The position numbers were made by a program, and so were the translations under genes. From the IMG/VR virus record IMGVR_UViG_3300047159_000066: a DNA stretch of 64,000 nt; one strand, written 5' to 3'. Below, in pieces: positions 27,539-37,581 of the stretch; the first letter of the stretch is position 1; each line of letters begins with the position of its first letter. This DNA is from a virus. The notes under the pieces are model-generated. The model saw only the letters and a program-made list of their open reading frames with translations, was not told the DNA's origin and searched no databases.

Positions 27539-28741
27539 ATGGCCTCATACGTAAGACACGCAAGGCAGGCGGACGCCTATTCGGCGGGGCCGGAGGAGGG
27601 GAACGGGCTCACGCCCGACGCCGCCTCGGCCGCCTCGGAGATGAAGGCATGGGCGGACGGATACGACGATCTGGCGAAACAGGCCGCAAGGCTGCAGCGC
27701 TGGGCGGAGACGGAGGACGAGGATTCGATGGGCAGGTCCGGGGTGTTCGGGCTGGAGAGCATACGGGACGTGGCGGATCTGTCGCAGGTCCCGTGGGCGA
27801 GGGACGCGATCGCGCATCAGCGGCGAGCCGACGCGCTTTACTCGCTCCTCGGCGCGGTGAAGTCGTTCCGCGTCGGGAAGTCGCAGGGCGTCGCGGGGGT
27901 TCGGGCGATCCTCTCCGGGATCGCGCTGGTCCAGCGGCTCTGGGAGGACGAGGAGACGCATTCCGGCGAGTACGAGCGGGGATCGTCCGACAGGGTCAGG
28001 TGGCTCCGCAGGCTCCTGGGGAAGACGGACGTCGTCCCGGGCGTCGGCTCGGAGCGCGACCACTACGACGACATAAAGGGCGAGCGGCATCCCGTGAGGG
28101 AGAGGCCGGAGGCGCCGGAGGGGAAGGCCCATATGACGCCTCAGACGGCGAACTGGATCATGGGGCATTACCCGATGAATCAGTGGCCGGAGGATGTCAT
28201 GGCGCTTTACAGGAAGACGCATGGGACGCATGACGCGCTCCCGCGCAAGATAGGCGAGAGATGGGAGAACCCCGACCCGGAGCGGCCGCAGGGCAGGACG
28301 ATCGGCTATGAGGTGACGTTCAGGGACGGGGACGGCGGGCTCATATGGGCGTCCGGCCCTCTGCCGAAGGCGGATGCGGACGCGATCTACGCCGACCCGG
28401 AGGTATGGGTCTTCTCCCCTGAGGCGCCGGAGGATCCGGCGATCAGGCGGATAAGGAATGATCTGTCGGTCCTGTGGACGGTGTCCGAGGCGATCGTGTA
28501 CTGGACGGGCAAGGACATGGGCGGGAGATGGATCGCACCCGCGGACGGCGACTGGGGGAAGATGACGGAGACTCAGCGGAAATCCGCCGCCGTCGCATCG
28601 CAGCTGCTGCGGTCGAAGGGCGTGCATTCATCTTATAAATACGCCTACGCGAGGATGTCTGGGAAGGACTCCGCGGGCGAAGGGCCGAAGGACAGGTTCT
28701 TCGGGACGGACGAGGACGACGGAAAGGAAGGCTCAAGATGA
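27539..28741 (+). CDS. Hypothetical acidic protein, paralog family A
   Basis: GGAGG RBS; shares WAETEDEDS, EETH and DRFFG with the next gene. Confidence 0.7.
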   Translation: MASYVRHARQADAYSAGPEEGNGLTPDAASAASEMKAWADGYDDLAKQAARLQRWAETEDEDSMGRSGVFGLESIRDVADLSQVPWARDAIAHQRRADALYSLLGAVKSFRVGKSQGVAGVRAILSGIALVQRLWEDEETHSGEYERGSSDRVRWLRRLLGKTDVVPGVGSERDHYDDIKGERHPVRERPEAPEGKAHMTPQTANWIMGHYPMNQWPEDVMALYRKTHGTHDALPRKIGERWENPDPERPQGRTIGYEVTFRDGDGGLIWASGPLPKADADAIYADPEVWVFSPEAPEDPAIRRIRNDLSVLWTVSEAIVYWTGKDMGGRWIAPADGDWGKMTETQRKSAAVASQLLRSKGVHSSYKYAYARMSGKDSAGEGPKDRFFGTDEDDGKEGSR

Positions 28742-29315
28742 AAGGGCTTCATGATAATGCCGTGAGTATGAGAAGAAAGACGCGGGCGCATGACGCGGGG
28801 GACGCCTCCGCGAAGGCGCTTCAGATGGAGGGGATCGCCTTCGCTGACGAGGACTCCGAGCTCATGTCGAAGCTTAGCGCCTATCTCAGGAAGGTGAGCG
28901 CATGGGCGACGGAGACGGACGAGGACTCGGAGGCGCGCACCCTGCCGATCCGGAGGGAAGGCTTCCCGACCTGGTCGATGACGCGCGGTACGACGACTTC
29001 ATGGCCCATTACAAACGGGCGGTGGTGCTTCAGGACATCGGCATGATGCTCGCGCCGATCCTGGGATACAAGGATCTGAACGGGTATTTCGAGACAGGGG
29101 ATCCGAAGTTCGGATCCGTCGCCGAGCTCCTGGACTCGCTTGACTATCTCCTGGAGGAGGCGGACGCCGCGTACGGCGAGGAGGAGACGCATGACGGCAC
29201 GTGGACGGAAGGCGGCGAAGGGGGGAAGGCCCTCATGAAGGCCGCGGAGGGGAAGAAGGCGGAGGCGGAGGATTCCGCCCCGGCCGATCGGTTCTTCGGC
29301 AGATACGGCGGCTGA
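28738..29315 (+). pseudogene. Frameshifted paralog of the 27539 gene
   Basis: Homology starts in ORF 28738-29046 (WATETDEDS) and continues in the -1 frame ORF (AHYKRA, EEETHDG, DRFFG); shift at about 28930-28965. Confidence 0.6.
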
Positions 29316-29340
29316 CGGAGGGGGAAGGGACGGCATAATG

Positions 29341-29369
29341 GCCCGCGGAAATCCCCGCGGGCTTTTTTT
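29341..29369 (+). terminator. Rho-independent terminator
   Basis: GCCCGCGG-AAATCC-CCGCGGGC-T7. Confidence 0.8.
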
Positions 29370-29373
29370 CTGG

Positions 29374-29409
29374 CTGTATTCCGGATCGCCTCCGCATTAT
29401 AATTAAGGC
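29374..29409 (+). promoter_or_regulatory. Second-class promoter
   Basis: CTGTATTC-N16-TATAAT-TAAGGC. Confidence 0.6.
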
Positions 29410-29422
29410 ATCGGAGGAGATC

Positions 29423-30829
29423 ATGGATATGAGAGAAAAGAAGACAGAAGTCAGGGACGCGCCGGACGACCTCGATGCGCTGGATTATGCGCAGGCGGTG
29501 GCCCGTGACGTCCGTGAGATAGAGAAGCTGAGCGACGCGAGGGACGAGGACGGGGACGATGAGGACGAGTACGGCGGCACCGCCGAGGACGCCGCGGGGT
29601 ATCTCGAGCAGGATCTCGGGAATTTCTACGCGGCCGCGATCGGCGCCGGGAGATACATGCGCATGGTCAGCGGGACCGACGCGGTCGATCCCCATTCGCT
29701 CGGGCGTCTGCGCGCCGCATACGATCTCATCGACGGCCTCCGTCAGCTCGAAGAGATATGCGGGGAGTACGGGATAGATTTCATGGATTTCGACGAGCTC
29801 GCCGCGAAAGGCGCGCCGAGGCTCGGCTTCGGCGCTGAGGATTCCAAGCCGGCAGGGCATGGATCGATCGCCAAGCTGCTTGATGCGGGAAGAAACGCCG
29901 TCCTCAGCCAGGGTCCGTCGGCGGACAGGGACGACATCGACGCCGCCTATGCGGAGGATGTGGGCCTCGGAAGGGACAGAGGCGGATGGTTCGAGTTCAG
30001 CGATATGGACGTCGCCTATGAGGATCCGCGGTATTATTCCGTCCGGATGAGGACGGATGATCCTGACAGGGATTTCGTCTTCCTTGTCCCGAAAAGAGAC
30101 GTGTCCGGCTTCATCGATCTTTCGTCGATGACGCCGCAGCAGCTGGAGGGGATCGCCATGCCGAATCCGTCGGCCAGGGATAAGTACGGATTCATTTACG
30201 ATCTCAAGGAAGGGTTTGACAACGCGAAATTCGACATGGCCAAGAGAAACGGCAAGCCCGTGAAGATCAAAGACGCCGATAAGGATGTGACCGTCAATGA
30301 CGGCTACGACGATGAGACCGGCTTTCATGAGGATGATTACAATGACGATGATGACCCCGAGGAGGATGAAAGAGAGAGAAGAAAGGATATGCGCGATCTT
30401 TATGATGAGATAGAGAAATTCGCCGAGAAGGCGGCGGATGACCCTGAGACGGCGATGGATTTCTATATAGACGGCTGGTATTCCAAAGACACCAAGGATC
30501 CTAAAAAAGAGATGAGAGACATGCTTTCCGTCACTGACAGGGTGCATGGGCTGAATACGGTGAAGAGATTCGACGATCTCGTGAAGGCGAATCCCAATTA
30601 CAGTCTTGACGATTTCAGAAAGGACTTCGCGGATGTCGCCGTCAGGGTGGCCAATGATGATTTCTATGAAATGACAGAGAGCCCAAGCCGTCGCAGCTTC
30701 TTAGGCCGCAGCAAAGCAGGGGATGATTCTGGATTCATGTACTGGTATGCGATTGAGGAGGGATACGACAAAGACGATGTGGATGAATGCTTTGATTATA
30801 AGAATGGTGCCATCAGGCCTCAGTATTGA
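29423..30829 (+). CDS. Hypothetical acidic multi-module protein
   Basis: GGAGGAG RBS; very D/E-rich. Confidence 0.7.
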   Translation: MDMREKKTEVRDAPDDLDALDYAQAVARDVREIEKLSDARDEDGDDEDEYGGTAEDAAGYLEQDLGNFYAAAIGAGRYMRMVSGTDAVDPHSLGRLRAAYDLIDGLRQLEEICGEYGIDFMDFDELAAKGAPRLGFGAEDSKPAGHGSIAKLLDAGRNAVLSQGPSADRDDIDAAYAEDVGLGRDRGGWFEFSDMDVAYEDPRYYSVRMRTDDPDRDFVFLVPKRDVSGFIDLSSMTPQQLEGIAMPNPSARDKYGFIYDLKEGFDNAKFDMAKRNGKPVKIKDADKDVTVNDGYDDETGFHEDDYNDDDDPEEDERERRKDMRDLYDEIEKFAEKAADDPETAMDFYIDGWYSKDTKDPKKEMRDMLSVTDRVHGLNTVKRFDDLVKANPNYSLDDFRKDFADVAVRVANDDFYEMTESPSRRSFLGRSKAGDDSGFMYWYAIEEGYDKDDVDECFDYKNGAIRPQY

Positions 30830-30865
30830 AGAAAGGCTTTGAGCGGAATAAGCGGGCATGCCTAT

Positions 30866-30899
30866 TCCCGGATCCCTTAGAGGGGTCCGGGATTTTTTT
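30866..30899 (+). terminator. Rho-independent terminator
   Basis: TCCCGGATCCC...GGGGTCCGGGA-T7. Confidence 0.8.
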
Positions 30900-30907
30900 C
30901 ATATCGG

Positions 30908-30940
30908 CGGTTTAATTTCATATGCCTCTGATGCTATAAT
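30908..30940 (+). promoter_or_regulatory. CGG-extended promoter (18-nt spacer)
   Basis: CGG-TTTAAT-N18-TATAAT. Confidence 0.6.
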
Positions 30941-30955
30941 GATTGAAATGCAGAT

Positions 30956-31375
30956 ATGCTTGAGAGGCATATTCAAATGGAAACAACAGGCGATGAGAGC
31001 GTGAAACTGCCGGACTGCATGCATGTCCGAGTATGGGCCGGGCGGATAAGGGGCAACTACGCGGATTATATGTATACGATGATCTCCGACATGGACGGAT
31101 GCCGCCCGGAGGAGATGGACAGGATAATACGCAATGCGGAGAAATGGCTGACGGAGGAATGCTCCAGGCTTTTCAATGAGAAATTCGACACGATACGGAG
31201 GGCGAAGAAAGGGAACGGATGGAAGATACGGATGAAGATAATATCGGAGGATGAGCACGGAAAGCAGGTTCTCGCCAAATGGATAGACGGCTATCCCGCG
31301 CCGTATGCGTATAAGGTCCGTCTGAAGGAGCTGAGCGAATACGATGTCGTCTACGGAAGCGAATCTGTAGACTGA
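30956..31375 (+). CDS. Hypothetical protein
   Basis: ORF between two promoters; start uncertain. Confidence 0.6.
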   Translation: MLERHIQMETTGDESVKLPDCMHVRVWAGRIRGNYADYMYTMISDMDGCRPEEMDRIIRNAEKWLTEECSRLFNEKFDTIRRAKKGNGWKIRMKIISEDEHGKQVLAKWIDGYPAPYAYKVRLKELSEYDVVYGSESVD

Positions 31376-31407
31376 CGGTTCGTTTTCCTGGGAAGAGATG
31401 TTATATT
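31376..31407 (+). promoter_or_regulatory. CGG-extended promoter
   Basis: CGG-TTCGTT-N17-TATATT. Confidence 0.6.
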
Positions 31408-31441
31408 ATAATCAACAATAAAAGGGGAACGGTTTTTGAAA

Positions 31442-33295
31442 ATGGACGACAAAGGAAAATTCCTGACGGGCATATCCTCAAGCGTGCCTGCCGAATCTCT
31501 TTCTAAGACGCCTGAGGACATCGCGTTGGCGATCGATTCATCCACCAGCATGGCGAGATCCATGTCGGACTGGAGAATAACCCTGAGCAAGGAATGCCAG
31601 GTCTATGTCATAGACGAGCAGTACATCGCGAAGCGGTTCGATGAGATCCATTACCGGTACTGTGGGGTCGATGAGGCGAAGGAGATCCTGAAGGACAATC
31701 TCTGGGCGATACTCCTTTACAAGTATTTCCCGGTCACGAATGATGAGTCGCTTGACAGGATAAGCGAGATCGTCGGCTATATGACGGAGAACATCAAGAC
31801 CTTCCTCACGAGGATCAGCCTTGATCAGGCGGGGAGCAATCCGATGCTCACCGGCATGAAGATGAAGACCGTGCCTGATTCGGCCGCGGCTTTCGCCAAT
31901 GGGATCTATGATTTCAAAGAGAACAGGTTCATCCTCAAATACGACCGGATATACATCCCCCAGATCTCCAATAAGATAATCCTCTATTCCGGGTATATCA
32001 TAACATGGTGCTTCGATTTCGATTTCCAGCCGCTCCCGATCAACGTCATGGATATGAAGCTTCCGGATTTCATTGAGACCATGCGCACGCTGAACAAGAC
32101 ACAGCGGAATTACTGCTTTGAGCTTTTCTGGAATATGACGCACGACATGGACGACAAGGGATCTGAGAAGCGCATGCAGCATTTCTCAGAGGTGATGGGC
32201 TATGTCATGGTGCCCAGGTTCCTTCAGTATTTCGTGATGCTCATCGGCGCAGGCCAGAACGGCAAGAACTCGATGTTCGACGGATGCTTCTCATCCCATG
32301 TGGTGCCTAAGCCTGTGTCGAACTCGCTTGACACGATAGAGACCGATCGGTTCATCACCGGCACATTGGAGAACGCATGCCATAACATCTTCCTTGAGAC
32401 CAGCCCTAAGACCTATACCGATTCGAACATGCTGAAGGCCCTGACGGGCTCCATGTATCAGACGATCGAGGAGAAAGGCGAGACGCGGTTCTCCGGTGTC
32501 ATCAACTGCAAATACGTGTTCGCCGGCAACGATCAGTCGAAGATCAAGTTCTCGGATACGACCCCGGGCTTCCGCAGAAGAATCAACGTCTTTGAGATAT
32601 TCTATTCATGGGATCCTGAGCACCGGTATATGGCGCACGGCGATTACTACATGACCGATTTCTCAGGCGATCTGCATGAGATAAAGAACGATGTCGCCAA
32701 CACGGTGATGTTCATCTATCTTGCGATGTTCGGCGTAAAGTCGGCGACCGCAGGATTCACGAAGGACTTCCGGTTCACCTATAATGAATGGACCGACGCG
32801 TATTCCGATGTGGATCTCGACATGAAGGATTTCTTCGATTCGGTGATTCAGGCAGAGGATTACTTCACGTTCGCCAATGATCTGCGGTACTGCGACAAGG
32901 AGCATCTCAAATCCGCCTTCTTCGTCGTCGACGGGAACACACGCCCCTATATGACGCAGGAGATAAAGGAGGAGGGCGTGTTCGACTATGACGGATTCGT
33001 GACCTGGTCGAAGCAAAGCAAATCCGTCCCCGGGACCGATGAGGACGGGAATGACGTCCAGGTTGAGGTGCCGAATTGGCAGAGCTATATGTCGTCTCAT
33101 GACATGTTCATATCGCTGATATACCTGAAGTCGCTCATGGCGAGGTATTCATCCGCCGGGGCGAAGCCTCAGCGTGACTTCAATGATATGTTCAAGAGGA
33201 TATACGCATACGCCTATTACACCTCAGAGGCGCACCGCGAGGCATACGTGAAATGCCGTCTGATAAACGGGAAGATAAGATTCGTCGGGAAATAG
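31442..33295 (+). CDS. D5/P4-like SF3 replicative helicase
   Basis: AFANGIYD, LIGAGQNGKN Walker A, LKALTG, VFAGN, D.TPGFRRRI motifs. Confidence 0.8.
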   Translation: MDDKGKFLTGISSSVPAESLSKTPEDIALAIDSSTSMARSMSDWRITLSKECQVYVIDEQYIAKRFDEIHYRYCGVDEAKEILKDNLWAILLYKYFPVTNDESLDRISEIVGYMTENIKTFLTRISLDQAGSNPMLTGMKMKTVPDSAAAFANGIYDFKENRFILKYDRIYIPQISNKIILYSGYIITWCFDFDFQPLPINVMDMKLPDFIETMRTLNKTQRNYCFELFWNMTHDMDDKGSEKRMQHFSEVMGYVMVPRFLQYFVMLIGAGQNGKNSMFDGCFSSHVVPKPVSNSLDTIETDRFITGTLENACHNIFLETSPKTYTDSNMLKALTGSMYQTIEEKGETRFSGVINCKYVFAGNDQSKIKFSDTTPGFRRRINVFEIFYSWDPEHRYMAHGDYYMTDFSGDLHEIKNDVANTVMFIYLAMFGVKSATAGFTKDFRFTYNEWTDAYSDVDLDMKDFFDSVIQAEDYFTFANDLRYCDKEHLKSAFFVVDGNTRPYMTQEIKEEGVFDYDGFVTWSKQSKSVPGTDEDGNDVQVEVPNWQSYMSSHDMFISLIYLKSLMARYSSAGAKPQRDFNDMFKRIYAYAYYTSEAHREAYVKCRLINGKIRFVGK

Positions 33296-33329
33296 AAAAA
33301 GCCTTGCTTCGCGGCAAGGCCTTTCTTTT
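33296..33329. terminator. Bidirectional terminator between convergent genes
   Basis: A5-GCCTTGC-TTCGCG-GCAAGGC-CTTTCTTT. Confidence 0.65.
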
Positions 33330-33347
33330 ATTCTTCAGTGGATCCTA

Positions 33348-34358
33348 TCACTTCTTCTTGTTGTATTTCCGTATCATCGCCAGACGCTCTCCAACCGGTT
33401 TCGCCATGTATTCGCTCTGAAGCTGGGTGGCATAGTTTTTCGCCTCTATCCGCGAGATGCCCTTCATTTCCGCGAGAATATCGAATAAGGAGACTTTCTT
33501 CGGATCCTTTATATTATGCTTGACGGCATACTTGTCCTTCATGCCTTCAAAATACTCATACGGCCATTCCAGCTCAATTCTTGCGTATTTCGCGGTATCC
33601 CATCCTGCGGTAAGACTCTCATAGTATTTTTCTCTCTCTTCGTCGCTGAGATCATCATAAAAATCGCCGAGCTCCTTGTCTCCATGGAGCTTGTTGAATT
33701 CTGCTGCTTCTTTATGATGCTCATACTGCTTTCTCGGCATATTGACCTCTGCGCGGCCGTTTCTGAAGACGATCTCGGAATTCTGAGTCGTCGTCTCCTG
33801 ATGCTCATTGAAGAATTTCTCATTGGTTTTGACGGTATACCGAAGGAAGACATTATACTGATTCCCGTACTGGGAGGCATATTTCTCTATGAATTGCTCA
33901 GCGGTCTGATCATTATAGATGCTGTTGCTGTCGAGTTCCGTGTTAAGTCTGAATCTGTAGGAATCCTCAGACGGAAGATTCTCTTTTCCTTTGTCTGCGG
34001 CATTGCCATTGCGAACAGCCACGATTTCAGCGACCGCCTTATAAGGGATGATCTCATCACTCAATGATTTGGGAGCCCGCTCATTTCTGAGGATGAGATG
34101 GTTTCTTATGGCGCTTTCCGTCGAAGTCATCAATGCATCATGCATGGCCTTCATGCATTTGTTGGCGAGAAGGACAGGATCCTTCCCGCTGGCATCGGAA
34201 ACGGAGAAACCGACGGAATCATAGATGATTCCGGTTTTCCCGTCGACCGTGCCGGGATCGATCTTGAACAGGCCGGTCCCAAGGACATTTGCCGTAAGCG
34301 TGTTGTAAAGGCTTTCAAACGAATCGTTTATCGTAACCTCTTCTATGATATATTTCAT
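33348..34358 (-). CDS. Hypothetical protein (solitary minus-strand gene)
   Basis: AAGGAG RBS and its own TATAAT; N-terminal VTINDS motif. Confidence 0.7.
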   Translation of the reverse strand: MKYIIEEVTINDSFESLYNTLTANVLGTGLFKIDPGTVDGKTGIIYDSVGFSVSDASGKDPVLLANKCMKAMHDALMTSTESAIRNHLILRNERAPKSLSDEIIPYKAVAEIVAVRNGNAADKGKENLPSEDSYRFRLNTELDSNSIYNDQTAEQFIEKYASQYGNQYNVFLRYTVKTNEKFFNEHQETTTQNSEIVFRNGRAEVNMPRKQYEHHKEAAEFNKLHGDKELGDFYDDLSDEEREKYYESLTAGWDTAKYARIELEWPYEYFEGMKDKYAVKHNIKDPKKVSLFDILAEMKGISRIEAKNYATQLQSEYMAKPVGERLAMIRKYNKKK

Positions 34359-34460
34359 GTATAAACAGACTCCTTACTGAATATTATAAGCCCTTATGAT
34401 ATGATGCGTTAGGTATCTCAATTGCGATATAATCATATGAGATAACAAGGAGGAAGCAGC

Positions 34461-34610
34461 ATGCAGGAACCGAAAGAAAGACTGGTTGACCGCATCGTCG
34501 CCCTGAAGGCGCCGAAGAAAGGGAAGGAATTCGCCGCAGGGTATCAGGCGGCGATAACCGACATTCTTGCGCTTGTCACCCAGGACATCGACATCATAGA
34601 AGGCAGATGA
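34461..34610 (+). CDS. Hypothetical 49-aa protein
   Basis: AAGGAGG RBS, MQEPKERL start. Confidence 0.55.
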   Translation: MQEPKERLVDRIVALKAPKKGKEFAAGYQAAITDILALVTQDIDIIEGR

Positions 34611-34614
34611 TCCG

Positions 34615-35346
34615 ATGACGAAGAAAAGCTCCCTTGTCCCGATGATTCCGGTCGAATATGTCGCGGATGAACAGAAGGCTCTGTCCGAAAAGCTTGAGAA
34701 GGATCCCCAGTATTCCCTTGATCCGGATCCTGAAGGCAAGCTCGGCCTTTCGGATGAGCAATGCGAATTCATCCGCGCATATATCCAGTTCAGGAACACC
34801 ACGATAGCCGCCGCCTCCGCGAAGATCGAGGATGACGTGGCGGATGGGTATTACCGTGATCCGGTGATACAGGGGGAAATACGCCGGATAAACCTCTCGA
34901 TGTACAAACGGCAGTTCTCAAGACGCCTTCTTACCATCGACGAGATCGGCGGATACCTCACGTCGATGATCATCGGGGAGGATGTCCCTGAGATCGATAA
35001 GCTCTCCGGAAAGGAGAAGCTCGTCGCGGTGAAGATGATGATCGATCTGAACAACATGAAGGCCAGTACCTTCAAGGATCCGAAGGTGATAGAGTATGTC
35101 GATCTTGAGAAGAAGGTTAAAGGAATGGATGTAGGATCGATCAAGAAACTGATTGAGGAGACCAAGAAAATGGATCCTGCACAGGCCAAAGCGATAGATG
35201 ATCAGAAAAGCGCTCTTATCGCCCAGATCTCAGGAGGAGCCCATCTTGACGCAAGTGAGATCGCCTATCTTCACACATGCTCTATGGATGAGCTGAAAAA
35301 AGTCATCGAAGAGCAGGAGAAGAAAAAAGAAAATAATCAGAAGTGA
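34615..35346 (+). CDS. terS: Terminase small subunit (putative)
   Basis: LSDEQCEFIRAYIQFRNTTIAAASAK...DPVIQGEI...TIDEIGGYLTSMIIGE follows the Terminase_2 pattern. Confidence 0.6.
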   Translation: MTKKSSLVPMIPVEYVADEQKALSEKLEKDPQYSLDPDPEGKLGLSDEQCEFIRAYIQFRNTTIAAASAKIEDDVADGYYRDPVIQGEIRRINLSMYKRQFSRRLLTIDEIGGYLTSMIIGEDVPEIDKLSGKEKLVAVKMMIDLNNMKASTFKDPKVIEYVDLEKKVKGMDVGSIKKLIEETKKMDPAQAKAIDDQKSALIAQISGGAHLDASEIAYLHTCSMDELKKVIEEQEKKKENNQK

Positions 35347-35378
35347 CGGTTTACTTTTCATATTCTCTATGCCATAAT
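35347..35378 (+). promoter_or_regulatory. CGG-extended promoter
   Basis: CGG-TTTACT-N17-CATAAT. Confidence 0.7.
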
Positions 35379-35393
35379 TAAAGCGTAAGATGG

Positions 35394-35702
35394 ATGGGGG
35401 ACATGAAATTTATGAAAAGCGGGAAAGAGTCTGTCGCCAATATGGAGTCTTATTTCAAGTGTATTCTCAGTTCGCTTTACAATGACCGGAGAACTCTTGA
35501 GATAAGCATCAAAATCATCTCAGAGAAAATCGTCAAAGCCGATTGCGGCTCTTCTGATATGGACACGCTTATCTCAGAGATGATCACAGAGAAAAGCACA
35601 CTTGATTTTCTTTCAGGTGAGATTCTCGCGTATGAGAATACAGTCCGATTCATAACCGGATCAAAGGAATACAGGGAATTCCATAAGGGGGATGCCAGAT
35701 AA
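35394..35702 (+). CDS. Hypothetical coiled-coil protein
   Basis: ORF track; start uncertain. Confidence 0.6.
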   Translation: MGDMKFMKSGKESVANMESYFKCILSSLYNDRRTLEISIKIISEKIVKADCGSSDMDTLISEMITEKSTLDFLSGEILAYENTVRFITGSKEYREFHKGDAR

Positions 35703-36220
35703 TGTCTGAGTTTTATATTTATTGTATGAAAGGCAAGGGCGGATATGAGCCTTTCAAAGGCAAGGTCATCGGGAAATGCATTATAAACGAAGGGTATCTG
35801 GTAAATGAATCAGGATGCAAGGAGATCAGAATGGATGACATCCTTATGAGAAGCGGAATGAATTTCTATGATTTCACGGCATACACCGTCAAACATAAGA
35901 GATCCTATCTCCTTCATATCGAATCGCCTGATTTCCTTGGAACGCCTCTTGACATATCTGAATTCAATTCTGATCTGATCACGCCTATGAAGACCGGGCC
36001 GAAAGGATTCGGCAATGCGATGATCGTTCAAAGAACGACAAGGGAGATCATGCTTCCGACATATGACGGCAAAACACTGAAAACGAAAGAATCCTGTCTC
36101 AGCAAAGAAGATGTCCGCATGATTTCGGTCCCTGCCAGAATCATCGGATCTGTGATGTCGAAGAAAATAGATCTGCTGCTTGAGTGGGCCTATCCGAAAG
36201 ACATAAAGATAAAGGGGTGA
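35702..36220 (+). CDS. Divergent circularly permuted ASCH-like protein
   Basis: YIYCMK, GKVIGKC, YLLHI, LDISEF; paralog of the 36806 gene. Confidence 0.55.
   Translation: MSEFYIYCMKGKGGYEPFKGKVIGKCIINEGYLVNESGCKEIRMDDILMRSGMNFYDFTAYTVKHKRSYLLHIESPDFLGTPLDISEFNSDLITPMKTGPKGFGNAMIVQRTTREIMLPTYDGKTLKTKESCLSKEDVRMISVPARIIGSVMSKKIDLLLEWAYPKDIKIKG
36000..36214. repeat. About 215-bp diverged inverted repeat, copy 1
   Basis: Matches the reverse complement of 55154-55375. Confidence 0.85.
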
Positions 36221-36273
36221 ATGATGACTAAGGAAGTGAAATCAGGAGACGTGATTTTGAAGGAGCTGGGATC

Positions 36274-36444
36274 ATGAGCGAAGAACTGCCCAAAATAAAA
36301 GGCTACTGCAAGGACTGCAGGTATTACGATATTTTCAATAGCTGCATGAAGTTAATGGAAATAAAAGAGTACGATGCGGAAGCCATATATCCAAATCCAT
36401 ATGACTTCTGCTGCTGGTTTGAAAAAAAGGAGGAAGAAAAATGA
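36274..36444 (+). CDS. Small Cys-rich protein, 56 aa
   Basis: AAGGAG RBS; CKDCRYY...C...DFCCWFE. Confidence 0.6.
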   Translation: MSEELPKIKGYCKDCRYYDIFNSCMKLMEIKEYDAEAIYPNPYDFCCWFEKKEEEK

Positions 36445-36809
36445 TACTGAAGTTCAGGGCGTGGATTGAACGCCCAAAGATGATGGTTGATATTACTGCG
36501 ATAAATTTTGTCGAACATACGTTTTCTTTTGAGCGGGGAAATGGTTTCACGGAATGGCTTAGCCAAAATGAAAAAAGCATTGTGGTTATGCAGTCCACCG
36601 GTGCCTTTGACAAAAACGGAAAGGAAATCTACGAGGGAGACATCGTTAAAGGAATTGATTATTCCATATACGCTCCTTATTCGATAGTAAAAGTTGAGTA
36701 TTTTGCAAATGAATTAAAGTACTCAATTGATTGTCTAGATTTAAGCGACTTGGAAGTTATAGGGAATATCTATCAGAACCCAGAACTTTTAGAGGAGGAA
36801 GAGAAATGA
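36441..36809 (+). CDS. YopX-family protein
   Basis: KFRAW, MQSTG.FDKNGKEIYEGDIV, EVIGNIYQNPELL motifs. Confidence 0.9.
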   Translation: MILKFRAWIERPKMMVDITAINFVEHTFSFERGNGFTEWLSQNEKSIVVMQSTGAFDKNGKEIYEGDIVKGIDYSIYAPYSIVKVEYFANELKYSIDCLDLSDLEVIGNIYQNPELLEEEEK

Positions 36810-37363
36810 TACCGATATATATCTACTGCACGAAAGCGAAGCCGTATCTTCTTGAAGATAAAATCTATCATTCAGGTCTTCATATCGTCACTCCGTTGTT
36901 TGGATGGGGAGGAGAAAAGAACGGTCTCATCGTGGCTAGGTGCGAAGCGAAGGAAGCGTTTGTTGTCAAATATCTTGGAGTTGATATGTATTCTGGATTT
37001 ATGTCATACCTTTGCCCTTTCAGTTCAGAAGAGCTTATGGCAATGGAACGGCTATCAAAAAAAGAAATATGCGATTACGCCAAAGGAAAAGACTTATACG
37101 CCATCCACTTGGAGAACGTTACGCCGTGCGATTTGAATCTGTCGGAGTTCTATTCTGACATATGTTGTACGAAAGGGATAAAAAGGGCACCGCAAAGCTA
37201 CTTTAAATGCTATCACAAAGTTCCAACTACCTGTGGATATGAAGTAGAAAAGTGCTACCTCTTCTCCATCCGTTCTCGCTTCTGCGCCGACATTCTGAAT
37301 GGGAAGAAAGACTTTGAGTTAAGACACACAGTTCCGAAGGAACTGGAAAGGAAATGGAAATGA
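36806..37363 (+). CDS. Circularly permuted ASCH-domain protein
   Basis: IYIYCTK...NGLIVARC...YAIHL...LSEF...KRAPQSY, then a C-terminal LFSIRSRFCADILNGKKDFELRHTVPK. Confidence 0.7.
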   Translation: MIPIYIYCTKAKPYLLEDKIYHSGLHIVTPLFGWGGEKNGLIVARCEAKEAFVVKYLGVDMYSGFMSYLCPFSSEELMAMERLSKKEICDYAKGKDLYAIHLENVTPCDLNLSEFYSDICCTKGIKRAPQSYFKCYHKVPTTCGYEVEKCYLFSIRSRFCADILNGKKDFELRHTVPKELERKWK

Positions 37364-37581
37364 GGATGATCAAGAAGATCATCCAGCTGAGATGCGATGA
37401 GAAGACCGCCGAAACTCTAGACAACGATCTTAATGACGTGTTCGAAATTAAGACAACGCAGGATCTGTTCACAGAATATGGTGGACGACGAAGTCTGCCG
37501 ATGAGCTTGTTCAAGGCTGGGAATTCAAACGTGCAGGAGAATGCCTTTTCTGGGCGCGAAGCCCGGATGAATGGTCACTGA
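37354..37581 (+). CDS. Hypothetical protein
   Basis: ORF track; may continue in the -1 frame to 37751. Confidence 0.45.
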   Translation: MEMRMIKKIIQLRCDEKTAETLDNDLNDVFEIKTTQDLFTEYGGRRSLPMSLFKAGNSNVQENAFSGREARMNGH

